From the NCBI GenBank assembly GCA_963803145.1, contig CAWDLW010000015.1, forward strand, positions 320,001-384,000: 64,000 nucleotides of DNA, given 5' to 3'. The first letter of the stretch is position 1, and the number at the start of each line of letters is the position of its first letter. This document shows positions 31,990 through 42,844 of this stretch, piece by piece. This DNA comes from Methanotrichaceae archaeon (GTDB taxonomy: Archaea; Halobacteriota; Methanosarcinia; Methanotrichales; Methanotrichaceae). The notes beneath the pieces were generated by a model. That model was not told where the DNA came from, searched no databases, and saw only the letters and a program-made list of their open reading frames with translations. Both the position numbers and the translations under genes were made by a program.

Positions 31990-32370
31990 CTAGACCTTAA
32001 TCCTCTCCAGCAGTTCCGATAGCTTGGTCGTCTCCTCATCTGAGGAAGATACCTTGACTGTAATGTGATCTGGTCTGCCGGTCTTGCAGATATCTTCTCT
32101 GATCAGCTGGTTTGTCCATGGAGTGGCGGTCATAAAGGCCATCTCAGGATGGGGCTCATCATCAGAGAGCTTTACGGTCACTACTATGCTGCCCACATCG
32201 TTCTCAATCTTCACATTCTGGCCCTCCTTGACACCTATCTTCGCCATATCCTGTTTATCCATGATTATCCTGGCACTAAGCTTCTGATAATCATCTGTGT
32301 GTATTCCCTTCTCCTTGGCTTCACGCTGGAAGATATCTTCAAAGGTGATTATCTTGATCTCTGCAGGCAT
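31990..32370 (-). CDS. FwdD/FmdD-like molybdopterin dinucleotide-binding domain protein (orphan)
   Basis: M...D...IGVKEG.NVKI.N..GSIVV.......P....FM...PW.N. Confidence 0.75.
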   Translation of the reverse strand: MPAEIKIITFEDIFQREAKEKGIHTDDYQKLSARIIMDKQDMAKIGVKEGQNVKIENDVGSIVVTVKLSDDEPHPEMAFMTATPWTNQLIREDICKTGRPDHITVKVSSSDEETTKLSELLERIKV

Positions 32371-32667
32371 CCAATCTCCCCAGTCTATTTTATTTTTATC
32401 TGTTAAATCATACTAATTTGCATAAAGGCTATCATCTAGATAAAAAGTTAATCGTTCATATAAACTTCAGAAGGGTATTCCTATAATCCTTAAAAAGATG
32501 ACCTCGTTAAGTCGGGGCTATTCCAGCCATATCGGCAAGAGCCGTAATTATAACCTCCCAGATACACGATACTATATATAGAATACCGATTTCAAGGATT
32601 GGTGGCAGAGTCGGCTTCCTTATAGAATACGCTCGACAATGTCCAATAGCGTGATAAAGGAGATAAT

Positions 32668-33318
32668 ATGTCAAAGTCGATACTTATTCTGGCTTTAATA
32701 TGCCTCATAGTGGCCTTAGGAGGCCTTGCAGCCATAGCAGGTGCACAGATATATGCCGCAGGCGGCAGCGGCGCCGACGAGAACTGGGATCCTATGCATA
32801 AGTTGGATGAGATAGGTAACCCCGCGGCACAGGAGACAACTCCACCAGTCTTTGGTCCCACAGCAGCCAGGTTGACGAACTCACAATTCAGCAGAGGGGC
32901 ACAGAATAATAGTACCAGCAGCTCAAATACGACGAACACTGCGAACAGTATCGAGCAGACACCAGTGATTAACATTAATCTTGAAAATATTAGCGCCATG
33001 CCGAATCCTGCAAATCCCGGAAGCCCTGTTGAGATTACTGCGGTCCTTAGCAATGTAGAGAATATGACAGCTTATGCGATCATCAACAACTCAATGGGCG
33101 TACAGGTCGGCAATGTAGCTCTGGAGCGCTCATCCGGAGGAGAATATGTCGGGACCTGGAAGGCCGGCATTGCTACAGGGACTTATAGTGCAACTATTGT
33201 AGCATCTGCATCAGGTGCGTCCAAGACCTTCAATGATGCAATACAGATGGAGGTAAAAGAACCAGTTAATGCAACCAGTAACAGTAATAGCAAAACTACT
33301 TACACCAAGCTGGGGTGA
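32668..33318 (+). CDS. Secreted hypothetical protein with Ig-like C-terminal domain
   Basis: Signal peptide; N/S/T-rich linker; PNPANPGSPV.ITA...Y.GTW. Confidence 0.75.
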   Translation: MSKSILILALICLIVALGGLAAIAGAQIYAAGGSGADENWDPMHKLDEIGNPAAQETTPPVFGPTAARLTNSQFSRGAQNNSTSSSNTTNTANSIEQTPVININLENISAMPNPANPGSPVEITAVLSNVENMTAYAIINNSMGVQVGNVALERSSGGEYVGTWKAGIATGTYSATIVASASGASKTFNDAIQMEVKEPVNATSNSNSKTTYTKLG

Positions 33319-33509
33319 CGTTAACTATAGTCAACTCCAGTTTTGCTTTTTCTAATTAATCCATAATCAAGAAGCGGAGCGCCTTTTGCCCTTCGATTTC
33401 AATACTTGTTAAACACGATAACTTACAAAAATCCAAATGATTTAGCATTCATGCAAAACCTCTTTAACCCCATCACACCAATACCCAGGGCCAGCAGGCT
33501 GTGTAAAGG

Positions 33510-34535
33510 ATGAGAGAGGTAATTCTGGACTCGAAGGAGGACAAAACGCAGGTTTACCTGCCTGAAAAATGCATAGGCTGTGGGACCTGTGTCCAAGTTT
33601 GCCCCAAGGGTGAGCTTGTGATAGGCTCTGTGGGCGCTGTGGCCCGCGACTTGATTGACAAAGATTATATTGAAAAGAGGAGAGGCACTTGCGTCTTCTG
33701 CGGCCTTTGTGCTCGGATCTGCCCTACTGGGGCGCTGGAGATGCGAGTCGCAGGAAAGGCGGTAAAGGATGATTCATACCTGCATGTAGCCTTGAAACCG
33801 ACGCAATCGAGCGATAAATGTGTTCACTGCGGCCTATGCGTCGAGGTCTGCCCCCGAAGATGTATAGAGATCAAAGATCGAAAGCTGGCTGAAGATGGAA
33901 GCCTGCGAATGGAGGGCAAGACCATAATCGATCTTAACGCTTGCATTCACTGCGGATGGTGCGCCATCACCTGTCCGGCTGGAGCTATCTCATTTGAGAA
34001 GCCTTTTTCAGGCGAGTTCTTCAGGGACGATAAGATCTGCCAGGCATGCCGGACCTGCGTTCACACCTGCCCGGCCAATGCCCTATTTAATAAAGAATGG
34101 GATCAGGGCGAGATCGTGGAGAAGGTAACCCACCGCAAAGACGCCTGCATTTACTGCGGTGCCTGTGCCCAGGCGTGCCCTGTGAGGGCCATCACTGTTC
34201 GGAAAACGGGGATAATACCGGAGATGAAAGGCAAGAAGGCTTTTGAAAAAATGCTCTCGGACATTGCGCCCTGGCCGACTCTGACTTCAGTTTTGAAAAC
34301 AGACGGCGAAGCCTGTCTAGGATGCGGCAACTGCATCATTGCCTGCCCTGTAAATGCATTATCCGATCCATATCTGGCCGCAGGCCATCTGAACGAACTG
34401 GAGAGAAAGCCCCTGCTGGAGGTGCTGAATGGCACTGTTAAGGTAGTCGATCAGGAGGTTTGCGGCTCCTGTGCCACCTGCAGCATGATCTGCCCTGTAG
34501 AGGCAATTTGGTTGAAGAGGCGGGATGTGATCTGA
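33510..34535 (+). CDS. fwdF: Formylmethanofuran dehydrogenase polyferredoxin subunit F
   Basis: Eight CxxCxxCxxxCP motifs; first gene of the fwd/fmd operon. Confidence 0.88.
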   Translation: MREVILDSKEDKTQVYLPEKCIGCGTCVQVCPKGELVIGSVGAVARDLIDKDYIEKRRGTCVFCGLCARICPTGALEMRVAGKAVKDDSYLHVALKPTQSSDKCVHCGLCVEVCPRRCIEIKDRKLAEDGSLRMEGKTIIDLNACIHCGWCAITCPAGAISFEKPFSGEFFRDDKICQACRTCVHTCPANALFNKEWDQGEIVEKVTHRKDACIYCGACAQACPVRAITVRKTGIIPEMKGKKAFEKMLSDIAPWPTLTSVLKTDGEACLGCGNCIIACPVNALSDPYLAAGHLNELERKPLLEVLNGTVKVVDQEVCGSCATCSMICPVEAIWLKRRDVI

Positions 34536-36313
34536 TGCCAGCAAAAAATATTATGATTATCAGGAACGGCTACGTCTTCGACCCCTTGAATGAGATCAAC
34601 AGTGAGGTCAAAGATATCTTCATCAAAGACGGAAAAGTTGTAGCTGATCTTTCCGGTGCCGAGATGAGGGATGCTAAAATAATCGATGCCTCAGGCAAGA
34701 CTGTTATGCCTGGCGGTGTGGACTCCCATTCACACGTGGCCGGTGCAAAGGTAAATGCTGGCCGACTAATGAGGCCTGAAGACCACTACAAATCTGTCCG
34801 CTCCAAGACTGCTTTGACTCACTCCGGCAGCGGCTACACGGTCCCTTCAGTTTACAAGCAGGGCTACGATTATGCTGTCATGGGTTACACCACAGTCTTC
34901 GAAGCAGCAATGCCTCCACTCGAAGCCCGTCATACACATGAAGAGATGAGGGCCACGCCTATTTTGGACATGGGCGCCTACATGGTCTTCGGCAACAACT
35001 GGTTCATCATGCGTTACTTGAAAGAGGGTGACATCGAGAAGGCTGCTGCATATGTCGCCTGGATGCTTCGGACTCACAAGGCATATGGCATCAAGTGCGT
35101 CAATCCTGCGGGTGTGGAGAACTGGGGCTGGGCCCAGAACGTTCACAGCCTAGACGAGTCCAACATCCACTTCGAGGTAACACCCAGGGAAATCATCCGC
35201 GGGCTGGCCGAGGTAACTGAACTTCTGGGACTGCCAATCTCCCTCCATCTGCATACCAACAACCTGGGGCATCCCGGAAACTGGGAGATCACAAGAAACT
35301 CGTTGCAAATTATGGAGGGATTAGAGCCAAGAAACAAGACTGATGTAGAGTGGGCCGAGACCAAGATGAAGCCCCAGCGCAAGCAGACTGTCTACCTGGC
35401 CCATGCTCAGTTCAGCTCTTTTGGCGGCACCTCATGGAGGGACTTCGGCTCCGGCGTGAAGGGCCTTGTAGATTATGTAAATCAAGTAGACCATGTCGTA
35501 ATAGACAACGGAGCAGTTCCTTTCGGCCCAGGCACAGCAATGACAGGCGACGGCCCCGCCATACATGACCTGTATATGCTATCAGGCCAGAAATGGTCGA
35601 ACACTGATGTCGAGCTGGAATGCGGCTCGGGAGTGATCCCCTGGATGTATCTCAAGAGCAGCCCCATCAACAGCGTTCAGTGGGCAATGGGACTTGAGCT
35701 ACTTCTTCTGATCAAAGATCCATGGAAGACCATTATGACTACAGACCACCCCAACGGTGGAGTTTTCACCCAATACCCTGACGTTATCACGTGGCTGATG
35801 TCCCGCAAAGCGCGTGAGGATACCTTGAAGGAATGCCATAAATGGGCTGCTGATAGGTCAAGCCTGGCAGCAATCGAGCGAGAGCTGAGCCTCTACGAGA
35901 TAGCAATAGTTACCAGAGCTAATCAGGCCAGGACCATCGGCATGGCCAACCGAAAAGGCAGCTTGGGCGTTGGTGCAGACGGGGATGTGACAATCTATGA
36001 TTTAGATCCCAATAAACTAAATGTAAATGACTATGTGCAGATCAAGCGAGCTTTCTCCAGAGCTGAATACACTATTAAAGATGGACAGATTGTAGTCCGC
36101 CAGGGCGAAGTTTTAAGCGTTCCTGATGGCCGACGGTTCTACAGTACACCTTTCGTGGATGAAACATTGGAGAAAGACATGCTTGCCGACGTCAAAGAGT
36201 GGTTCAAGTATTACACGCTGGGCTTCAACAACTACCCTGTTCCTGATAAGTATCTGAAGAATCCTACACCAATAGCTGTAAATCGTCCTTTAGAGGCTTC
36301 GGCGAGGAGGTGA
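34535..36313 (+). CDS. fwdA: Formylmethanofuran dehydrogenase subunit A
   Basis: MPGGVDSHSH, GYTTV.EAA, HLHTNNLG, TTDHPNG; start taken at the ATG overlapping the fwdF stop. Confidence 0.95.
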   Translation: MPAKNIMIIRNGYVFDPLNEINSEVKDIFIKDGKVVADLSGAEMRDAKIIDASGKTVMPGGVDSHSHVAGAKVNAGRLMRPEDHYKSVRSKTALTHSGSGYTVPSVYKQGYDYAVMGYTTVFEAAMPPLEARHTHEEMRATPILDMGAYMVFGNNWFIMRYLKEGDIEKAAAYVAWMLRTHKAYGIKCVNPAGVENWGWAQNVHSLDESNIHFEVTPREIIRGLAEVTELLGLPISLHLHTNNLGHPGNWEITRNSLQIMEGLEPRNKTDVEWAETKMKPQRKQTVYLAHAQFSSFGGTSWRDFGSGVKGLVDYVNQVDHVVIDNGAVPFGPGTAMTGDGPAIHDLYMLSGQKWSNTDVELECGSGVIPWMYLKSSPINSVQWAMGLELLLLIKDPWKTIMTTDHPNGGVFTQYPDVITWLMSRKAREDTLKECHKWAADRSSLAAIERELSLYEIAIVTRANQARTIGMANRKGSLGVGADGDVTIYDLDPNKLNVNDYVQIKRAFSRAEYTIKDGQIVVRQGEVLSVPDGRRFYSTPFVDETLEKDMLADVKEWFKYYTLGFNNYPVPDKYLKNPTPIAVNRPLEASARR

Positions 36314-37110
36314 CTAGGGTGGAGATAATTCTCGAACCAAAGGGCAAGATCGGCATAATGATTGAAGCAGAGGTCATTCGGCCGGATATCATGTATGAAA
36401 AGAAGAAAGAGGAGATCGAAAGTCTGACCGTCTGGCAGGGACCGGAACGAATGCCTCTAGGCGATTTCTTTGATGTAGAGGTAATCGGAAATGGACCAGT
36501 TGAGGAGACTTCGATCCTTATCCATGGAGATGTCTCAAGAGTGAAGCGCATCGGCCAGGGCATGAAAACGGGAAAGATAGAGATCCATGGGTCGGCTGGC
36601 ATGCACGTAGGATCGGGGATGACCGGAGGCAGCATTCTTGTCAATGGGGATGCAGGTTCCTGGGCTGGCATGGAGATGAAAGGCGGCCTGCTTCGTATTT
36701 TTGGAAATGCAGGTGATCACGCGGGATCTGCCTATCGAGGAAGCTGGAGCGGCATGTCCGGAGGCAGGATTGTCATCGAAGGCGATGCCAGAAACCAGCT
36801 CGGCAACGGCTTAACCGGTGGGGAGATTGCAGTAGCCGGTAATGTGGAGAACTTTGCAGGCATTCGCCAATCAGGCGGCTTGATCCTGGTGCGAGGAGAC
36901 GCTATCCGGGGTGCAGGCGCTGAGATGACTGGGGGCACTCTAGCAGTATGCGGAAGGATCAAGCAATTCACTCCCGGATTTACGGAAATCGGCCGTGAAG
37001 AAAATCCGAAGCTTGGCGAGACGCGAGCGGAAGGAAAATTCGCCAAGTTCTCAGGGGATTATGCCATCAGCAAAAACCCCAAGGGATCGCTGTACCTTAA
37101 GGAGGTCTGA
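36310..37110 (+). CDS. fwdC: Formylmethanofuran dehydrogenase subunit C
   Basis: Repeated G..M.GG.I.V.G beta-helix; YRG. Confidence 0.95.
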   Translation: MTRVEIILEPKGKIGIMIEAEVIRPDIMYEKKKEEIESLTVWQGPERMPLGDFFDVEVIGNGPVEETSILIHGDVSRVKRIGQGMKTGKIEIHGSAGMHVGSGMTGGSILVNGDAGSWAGMEMKGGLLRIFGNAGDHAGSAYRGSWSGMSGGRIVIEGDARNQLGNGLTGGEIAVAGNVENFAGIRQSGGLILVRGDAIRGAGAEMTGGTLAVCGRIKQFTPGFTEIGREENPKLGETRAEGKFAKFSGDYAISKNPKGSLYLKEV

Positions 37111-37116
37111 GGGCCA

Positions 37117-37563
37117 ATGGAGGCCATGCTCAACCTCTTTGCGACCACGATGGAAGATGAGAAGATGATTGAAGAGTTTCTGCTAAACACTGGAAGCACA
37201 ATCGAGGAGGGAAGGCTTGCAAAGGGCGGCAGCAAGCTCACCGATGATTATACGGAGGAATGTGCAGTCTGCAATATGAATCCTGAGGATTATTCAAGTC
37301 TGGGATCTCCGCAGAAGGTCAAGATAACATCAAAGGATGGAAGGCATGGCATAGCCGTCTATGCCTATTCTGATGATTCAATTAGTCGGGGTCACGTCTT
37401 CATGCCCCGAGCCATTTGGTCCAATGTAGTCATCGATCCCGAGACGTTCTCAACTGGATCTCCACTTTACAAGGGCTCTCGTGTTCTTGTTGAGCCCACC
37501 CAGGAAAAAGTGATGAATGCTAAAGAGCTGGTAGTAGCACTCTATGCCAGGCACAGAAAATGA
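37117..37563 (+). CDS. fwdD: Formylmethanofuran dehydrogenase subunit D (true start possibly 37165)
   Basis: LNTGSTI.EG, MNPED, FMPRAIWSN, TGSPLYKG. Confidence 0.9.
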   Translation: MEAMLNLFATTMEDEKMIEEFLLNTGSTIEEGRLAKGGSKLTDDYTEECAVCNMNPEDYSSLGSPQKVKITSKDGRHGIAVYAYSDDSISRGHVFMPRAIWSNVVIDPETFSTGSPLYKGSRVLVEPTQEKVMNAKELVVALYARHRK

Positions 37564-37572
37564 GGTAGAGGG

Positions 37573-38883
37573 ATGACCTTTAAAAACATCATTTGTCCCG
37601 TCTGCGGGGCTTCATGCGATGACATCCAGGTGGATCTGACAGGAGATGCCCTGACGGTTAAGAATGCCTGCAAGATGGGTAACGCCAAGTTTCAGGAGAT
37701 TGTGAGCACCCACAGAATACGGGATCCCATGCTCAAGGATGAAGGCGATTTCAGAAAGGCTGCGTGGGATGAAGCTATACAGCGAGCAGCCGAGATTCTG
37801 GCAGGCGCAAAACGCCCTCTGATATTTATGGGCAGCGAGACCTCCTGCGAAGCCATGGAGGTCGGGCTTCATTTAGGCGAGTATCTTGGAGCTGTTGTAG
37901 ATTCCAACTCCACTGTCTGCCACGGCCCCACTGCTATGGGCATCCAGGAGGCAGGTCGTGTCGGTGCTACTGCTGGCCAGAGCAAGAACAGAGCAGATCT
38001 GGCAGTGTATTGGGGCTCGAATCCACTGGAGTCCATGCCCAGGCATATGTCGAGGTATGCCATTTATCCAAGGGGCTACTGGACAAGGCGAGGCAGGTTT
38101 GACAGAAAAGTCATAACTGTGGACCCGAGGAAATCTATCACGGCAAGAAACTCAGATCTGCATATCCAGCTCAAGCCGAACACCGACTATGAGCTAATAT
38201 CGGCTCTGCTCACATTGCTGCACGGCAAAAAGCCACACCCCTCTGTCGAGAATATCACCGGCGTCAAAATCTCCGAAATGGAAAAGATGCTGGAGATAAT
38301 GAAGAACTGCAACTTTGGCGCTATTTATGTCGGCCTGGGGATTGCCTCCTCTTTCGGCAAGCATCGCAATACGGAAGCAGCGTTCAATCTTGTTAAGGAG
38401 TTGAATGTTCATACGAAGTTCGTGATAGGAGCTTTACGGGGCCACTGCAATGTCGCCGGTTTTAACCAGATCGCTTCTTATCTCTATGGCTATCCCTTTG
38501 GTTTGGACTTCGCCCGAGGTTATCCTCGGTATAATCCCGGAGAGTATACGGCTGTAGATGTTCTGCGGGAGAAAGATGTGGACGCTGCATTGATAGTCTC
38601 AGCCGACCTGGTGTCGCACTTCCCTGCTGCCTGTGCCGAAGCGCTGGCTGATATCCCTGTGGCCTGCATTGATATTGCACCATGCCCAACTACTATGATC
38701 TCTGACGTTGTTATACCCGGAGTCATCGATGCAATGGAGTGCGATGGTACATTCTACCGTCTTGACGATGTGCCGGTCTACTTCCAGCCGTTTACGGATT
38801 CGCCATTCCAGTTTACGAAAAGCAATGAAGATACAATGAAGCAGATCTTCGAGAGGGTAAAGGCGATCAAGGGCAGTAAGTGA
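37573..38883 (+). CDS. fwdB: Formylmethanofuran dehydrogenase subunit B (Cys form)
   Basis: CPVCGASCDD, VCHGP, PRH.SRY, RGHCNVAG. Confidence 0.95.
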   Translation: MTFKNIICPVCGASCDDIQVDLTGDALTVKNACKMGNAKFQEIVSTHRIRDPMLKDEGDFRKAAWDEAIQRAAEILAGAKRPLIFMGSETSCEAMEVGLHLGEYLGAVVDSNSTVCHGPTAMGIQEAGRVGATAGQSKNRADLAVYWGSNPLESMPRHMSRYAIYPRGYWTRRGRFDRKVITVDPRKSITARNSDLHIQLKPNTDYELISALLTLLHGKKPHPSVENITGVKISEMEKMLEIMKNCNFGAIYVGLGIASSFGKHRNTEAAFNLVKELNVHTKFVIGALRGHCNVAGFNQIASYLYGYPFGLDFARGYPRYNPGEYTAVDVLREKDVDAALIVSADLVSHFPAACAEALADIPVACIDIAPCPTTMISDVVIPGVIDAMECDGTFYRLDDVPVYFQPFTDSPFQFTKSNEDTMKQIFERVKAIKGSK

Positions 38884-38937
38884 AGAAGGAAAAATGGTTA
38901 CTTTCTGCTTTGAATAGGCTAATTTGAGGCCGAAAAT

Positions 38938-38977
38938 AGTCAAACAGGCGTACCCTGCAGCAAGCTGCGGGGTATTC
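38938..38977 (-). mobile_element. ~40-bp single-hairpin IS200-derived mini element
   Basis: Reverse complement gaataccccgcagcttgctgcagggtacgcctgtttgact joins the left-end start and right-end tail of the IS200 at 44889-45494. Confidence 0.7.
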
Positions 38978-39139
38978 AATAAAATAAAGAATTTCACGAT
39001 GTTTCCGAGGTTGTTCCGAGTTAACCGAGTCGCAATATCCCGAATCGGAATCTTTAACCATCAAGCACAATCATGATAGTTGACAGAAATGTTTAATCAA
39101 GATAGACCATCGATGAGAATAGTCTGAGCATTGATTGAA

Positions 39140-39413
39140 CCCACATCCCGCAGGTAGGTCATCAAGAATTTGGATTTTTTTGATTATACAAATTGAGATT
39201 TAATATTTAATTATGCACCCATGAATGATAAAGATAAAAACAAAAAATAAAATATGGCCCAAGCATTCCAACAAGTCTTTAGAGAATCTGATGCTATAAT
39301 TATTGGAGGATATAATTCCGGCTCAAAACAAAGTGACCGCATCTGCGTGGTTTTGCAGAAAATCGTTATCAAGAAAAATGCTAAGCCTTAGAGTTTTACC
39401 TGCGGGATGTGGG
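39140..39413. mobile_element. 274-bp MITE (IS1634-like ends)
   Basis: 17-bp IR cccacatcccgcaggta / tacctgcgggatgtggg; 6-bp duplication attgaa; no ORF. Confidence 0.85.
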
Positions 39414-40075
39414 ATTGAAGATGCGCTGGATGTTCAATTCGCCAAGGCAGACTGATTGATACCATGATACTATGAGTAAAACCAATATGTTCTATTATTG
39501 TCCCTGGAATTATTTACTTTTAGGTTGTACACCTACCTCATTTCAATATAATAAGTTACACTTACTTTTGGGAGTTAACCAGCAATAAGTATCTTTCTCA
39601 AAAGCATCATTTTTTACTGCAAATGCTACTGCCCTGCATCCACTACAGTTCTTGATGTATAAGCAATTTGAGCATTTACCAACTTCTTTTCTATTTCTTA
39701 AATCATCAAGTAAACTAGAAGAATACCATATATCAAAAAATGTAGATTTTGCTAAATTTCCTATTATTATTGGCAATCTTCTACAAGCCATAACATCTTC
39801 ATTTGGCATTAAGGCAAGACCTGAGAAGCCTGCAGCACACCCACCCCCTATAATATCCTGGTATTCCTTAAATTCATCTTTTAATAATGTCCATAGCGGT
39901 CTTCTCATATCGATTTTCAATTTAGAACCAATTATAATTAATTCTATTTGTTTTTTAATTATGTTTCTATAAAGTTCATGCGTTTCCTCTGGATTCAACA
40001 TTAATTCTAAGAGTTTTTCTCCCCTTCCCTCGGGAACCAAAGGAGTGATTCCTAGTGTCGATACATTTAAAGAGT

Positions 40076-41606
40076 GAACATGCTCAATAGCAGGTAAAAT
40101 TAACCGACCTTTGGGATCATATCGGCTAATCTTGGCATAGAAAAGCTATTAGAATAAATATCCTTGACATACAAATAGAATCTAACCTTTTGCTTTCTGC
40201 AAGTATCAAGTATAGAAAGCAAATTCCCCCAGGCTGCTTTGCCTAACTCAGATCTAGTGCCATAGCTGATCTTTCTTTTTAGCACACCCTCGCGAACAGC
40301 GATTTCAGATCCATTGTTGTGAAGAGGGATCTCCGGAAAATCGAGCATAAGGAGCAACTTATCTCGATCGCTATGGGTCGATGCTATCCGCTTGTCCAGT
40401 TCGAAGTATCCTGTAGTCGTTGTAAACAGGGATTCAAACCTTCGTTCAATTAACCTTCTGAGATCAATCTTTGGTTGGGATTTGAATTTCTTCAATAAAT
40501 CGTAGAACTTCCAAAGACTGGCAATGAATTTTTCCAGAATTGATCGGTGAAGGTCCAAATAAGGTTTCAACTTAATGTAATGCTGTATCTCGTGTAACCA
40601 GCAGTGACCATGATGGCAAGCTATGCCATCATATTGATGAGCACTATCGGTTACCATCGGAGTAGGCGTCAAGACTCCATCCAATAATCCGAGCAGGTCT
40701 CTAATTGTTTCTCGCTTCCTGTTTTTCTCGATAAAATAAGTAGAAAATTCTTCATTGCCGATATAATGCATATCGCCATTCTTGCCTGAATGCCTTGCGC
40801 CAGTACTATCGGTTTGGAAATACTTGGCGCACCTCATACCGGTTTCAAATATTGCTGATTTCTCAGCTGAGAAGACTTCGCTCTTCTCTTTAGTCAGTAT
40901 ATTTGAGATTTCGCCTTCTGAGATGAAGATACCAAAATCAGTTAAGATACTATGGATCTTGTTTTCAGTCACTCTGCCTGCATAATAAAATGTAGCAATG
41001 AGCGCCTTTAGGTCGCTGCCAAATTGGGTGTTCTGAATTTCCTTTGGAAGCTCAGCATAATAATGCTTGTCCAGTGACTTGGAATAATAGTGTCCTCGCC
41101 GGTATTCGATATTATCAGTCTGTAGCTGGATATTTTGGATTATTACAGGTTCATACCCAAGGTATACAGCATCCGGCGGCAAGATATCGGACTCGATATC
41201 TAACCAAACTACTCGATTGATCTTTATCTTGGGATTCTTCGATCCCTTTGACCATTTCTTAGACTTCTCTGTTGATGCTTGTTTTGGTTCCAGATTAGGG
41301 ATGTTTGGCGCGATCTTCGGTTTGCCCTTCAAACCTTTTAATCTTGCTATTTCATCACCTTGTTGTTGGATTATCTCATTTTGCCGCCGTATCACTTGAG
41401 CTTGATATTCTATAAAGTTGAGCAACTTTCGGAATAGCTCTTTAGTTGCCTCCTTGTCATCGAAGTCGATCTTATCGATATCAAGGGTTATTATTTCTTC
41501 TTCAATTGCCTTATCCACAAGTATACTTATTTAGTTTTCTCAGCATTTTTAATTTCTGAACGATACGTCTTAATTTGCTGATCTGAACAAGCTATTGAGC
41601 ATGTTC
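40076..41606 (-). mobile_element. IS66-family (single-ORF, ISBst12-like) element
   Basis: IRs gaacatgctcaatagc / gctattgagcatgttc; 8-bp duplication taaagagt at 40068-40075 and 41607-41614. Confidence 0.92.
40100..41518 (-). CDS. IS66-family transposase
   Basis: N-terminal coiled coil, TDSTG, CWLHE, IPLHNNGSE.AVR, KRKISYGTRS. Confidence 0.9.
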   Translation of the reverse strand: MDKAIEEEIITLDIDKIDFDDKEATKELFRKLLNFIEYQAQVIRRQNEIIQQQGDEIARLKGLKGKPKIAPNIPNLEPKQASTEKSKKWSKGSKNPKIKINRVVWLDIESDILPPDAVYLGYEPVIIQNIQLQTDNIEYRRGHYYSKSLDKHYYAELPKEIQNTQFGSDLKALIATFYYAGRVTENKIHSILTDFGIFISEGEISNILTKEKSEVFSAEKSAIFETGMRCAKYFQTDSTGARHSGKNGDMHYIGNEEFSTYFIEKNRKRETIRDLLGLLDGVLTPTPMVTDSAHQYDGIACHHGHCWLHEIQHYIKLKPYLDLHRSILEKFIASLWKFYDLLKKFKSQPKIDLRRLIERRFESLFTTTTGYFELDKRIASTHSDRDKLLLMLDFPEIPLHNNGSEIAVREGVLKRKISYGTRSELGKAAWGNLLSILDTCRKQKVRFYLYVKDIYSNSFSMPRLADMIPKVG

Positions 41607-42395
41607 TAAAGAGTCACATAGCTCAATAAATTCCTCAATTTCTTGGTAATTATTTTTGTGAAATACAAACATAACTGCTATCTTAATACTAGCAGAATTT
41701 AGAAGTTCTATAGCCTTTAGCACTTTATTATAGACCCCTTTGCCTCTAATAAAGTCACAAGTGTCTTCTTTTGCACCGTCAAGACTTATTTGTATATTAT
41801 CTATTTTACTTTTTTTAAGCTTGGTGACAATAGTCTCGTCTATTAAAGTGCCGTTGCTCAATATATTTTTTCTTATTTCTGGAAATTTTTGGTTACAATA
41901 GTCCAATAAATTGAAGAACTCATCCCCAAGAATAAATGGCTCTCCTCCTGTAAAGGCAATCTTCGGAACTTTTTTTATTTTTTTACAGAATTTTGCGAAA
42001 TCTGATATTATCTTTTTTTTCCGATCAAAATTAGTTTCTGTTCCTATATATTCTAAATTCTGATAACAATGTTTACACTTAAGATTACATTTATCAGTAA
42101 GATGCCATTGTAAGATAAATGCCTGTTGAAACTGGTTTTGCTTTTCAAAATTATGGTTCATTCGGTCTCACCTAATTTAAATAAGACATATTTATTCATG
42201 CCACGAATAATTAAAGGTTCTCTATTCACAATTCAATCATTACAAAGAGATTGTTTTATTAAACTTTTCCTAACTATAGAGGATTCGCATGAGAACCACT
42301 TCATCGACACCGCGTAAGGAGCATGTCAGCCACATGCACCCGATCATTCTTCCTGATTTCATAGCCACCCCCGTTAAAGGAGGTCTATCCTGAAG

Positions 42396-42602
42396 TTATA
42401 AGCATCTCTGGCGTGTGGAATTGGTCGGTGACGATACAAATATCTTGTCTCTCGATGGATTGATCCAATTCGCTTGTAAGCACTTTGAGGAAAACGAATG
42501 GCAATCAATAATAAGGCAGCGCTCAAAATTGTTCCAATATTTTTTGCACTTATTCTCTAAGCGCCTCATTATACGGCCTGAAGCAGGTGGCACGCATTTC
42601 AT
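42396..42602 (-). pseudogene. N-formylglutamate amidohydrolase-like fragment
   Basis: CLIIDCHSF motif in a frameshifted context. Confidence 0.45.
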
Positions 42603-42734
42603 CCTTTTAATATGAAAATGATTTGATCCATATCTATGCAGTTTCCGCTTTTGCCACGAATATCCAGCCTTTTCAAGTTATCTCAATATCGATCGCGCTC
42701 GCTTCTTCAAGACTCTTTCGCAAATTGCTTCAGT

Positions 42735-42835
42735 TCCTATTATCATGATAAGGCTCACCTTTATTGAGGACAAAATAGATATCGATCAGTATACGATGCG
42801 CTATGGCAACAAGAGCCCTTATTTGCCACTCCTTC
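42735..42835 (-). pseudogene. IS110-family transposase C-terminal remnant
   Basis: Manual translation ALVAIAHRILIDIYFVLNKGEPYHD. Confidence 0.55.
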
Positions 42836-42844
42836 TGGCAATAT

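Larger units (their letters stand above)
39543..42161 (-). pseudogene. Radical SAM/SPASM peptide maturase interrupted by an IS66-family element (359 aa when rejoined)
   Basis: N-half CNLKCKHC, TGGEP, QISLDG; C-half CAAG...ACRRL...CSNC....CSGCRA...C; halves rejoin in frame as ELCDSLNVSTLGITPLVPEGRG. Confidence 0.92.
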
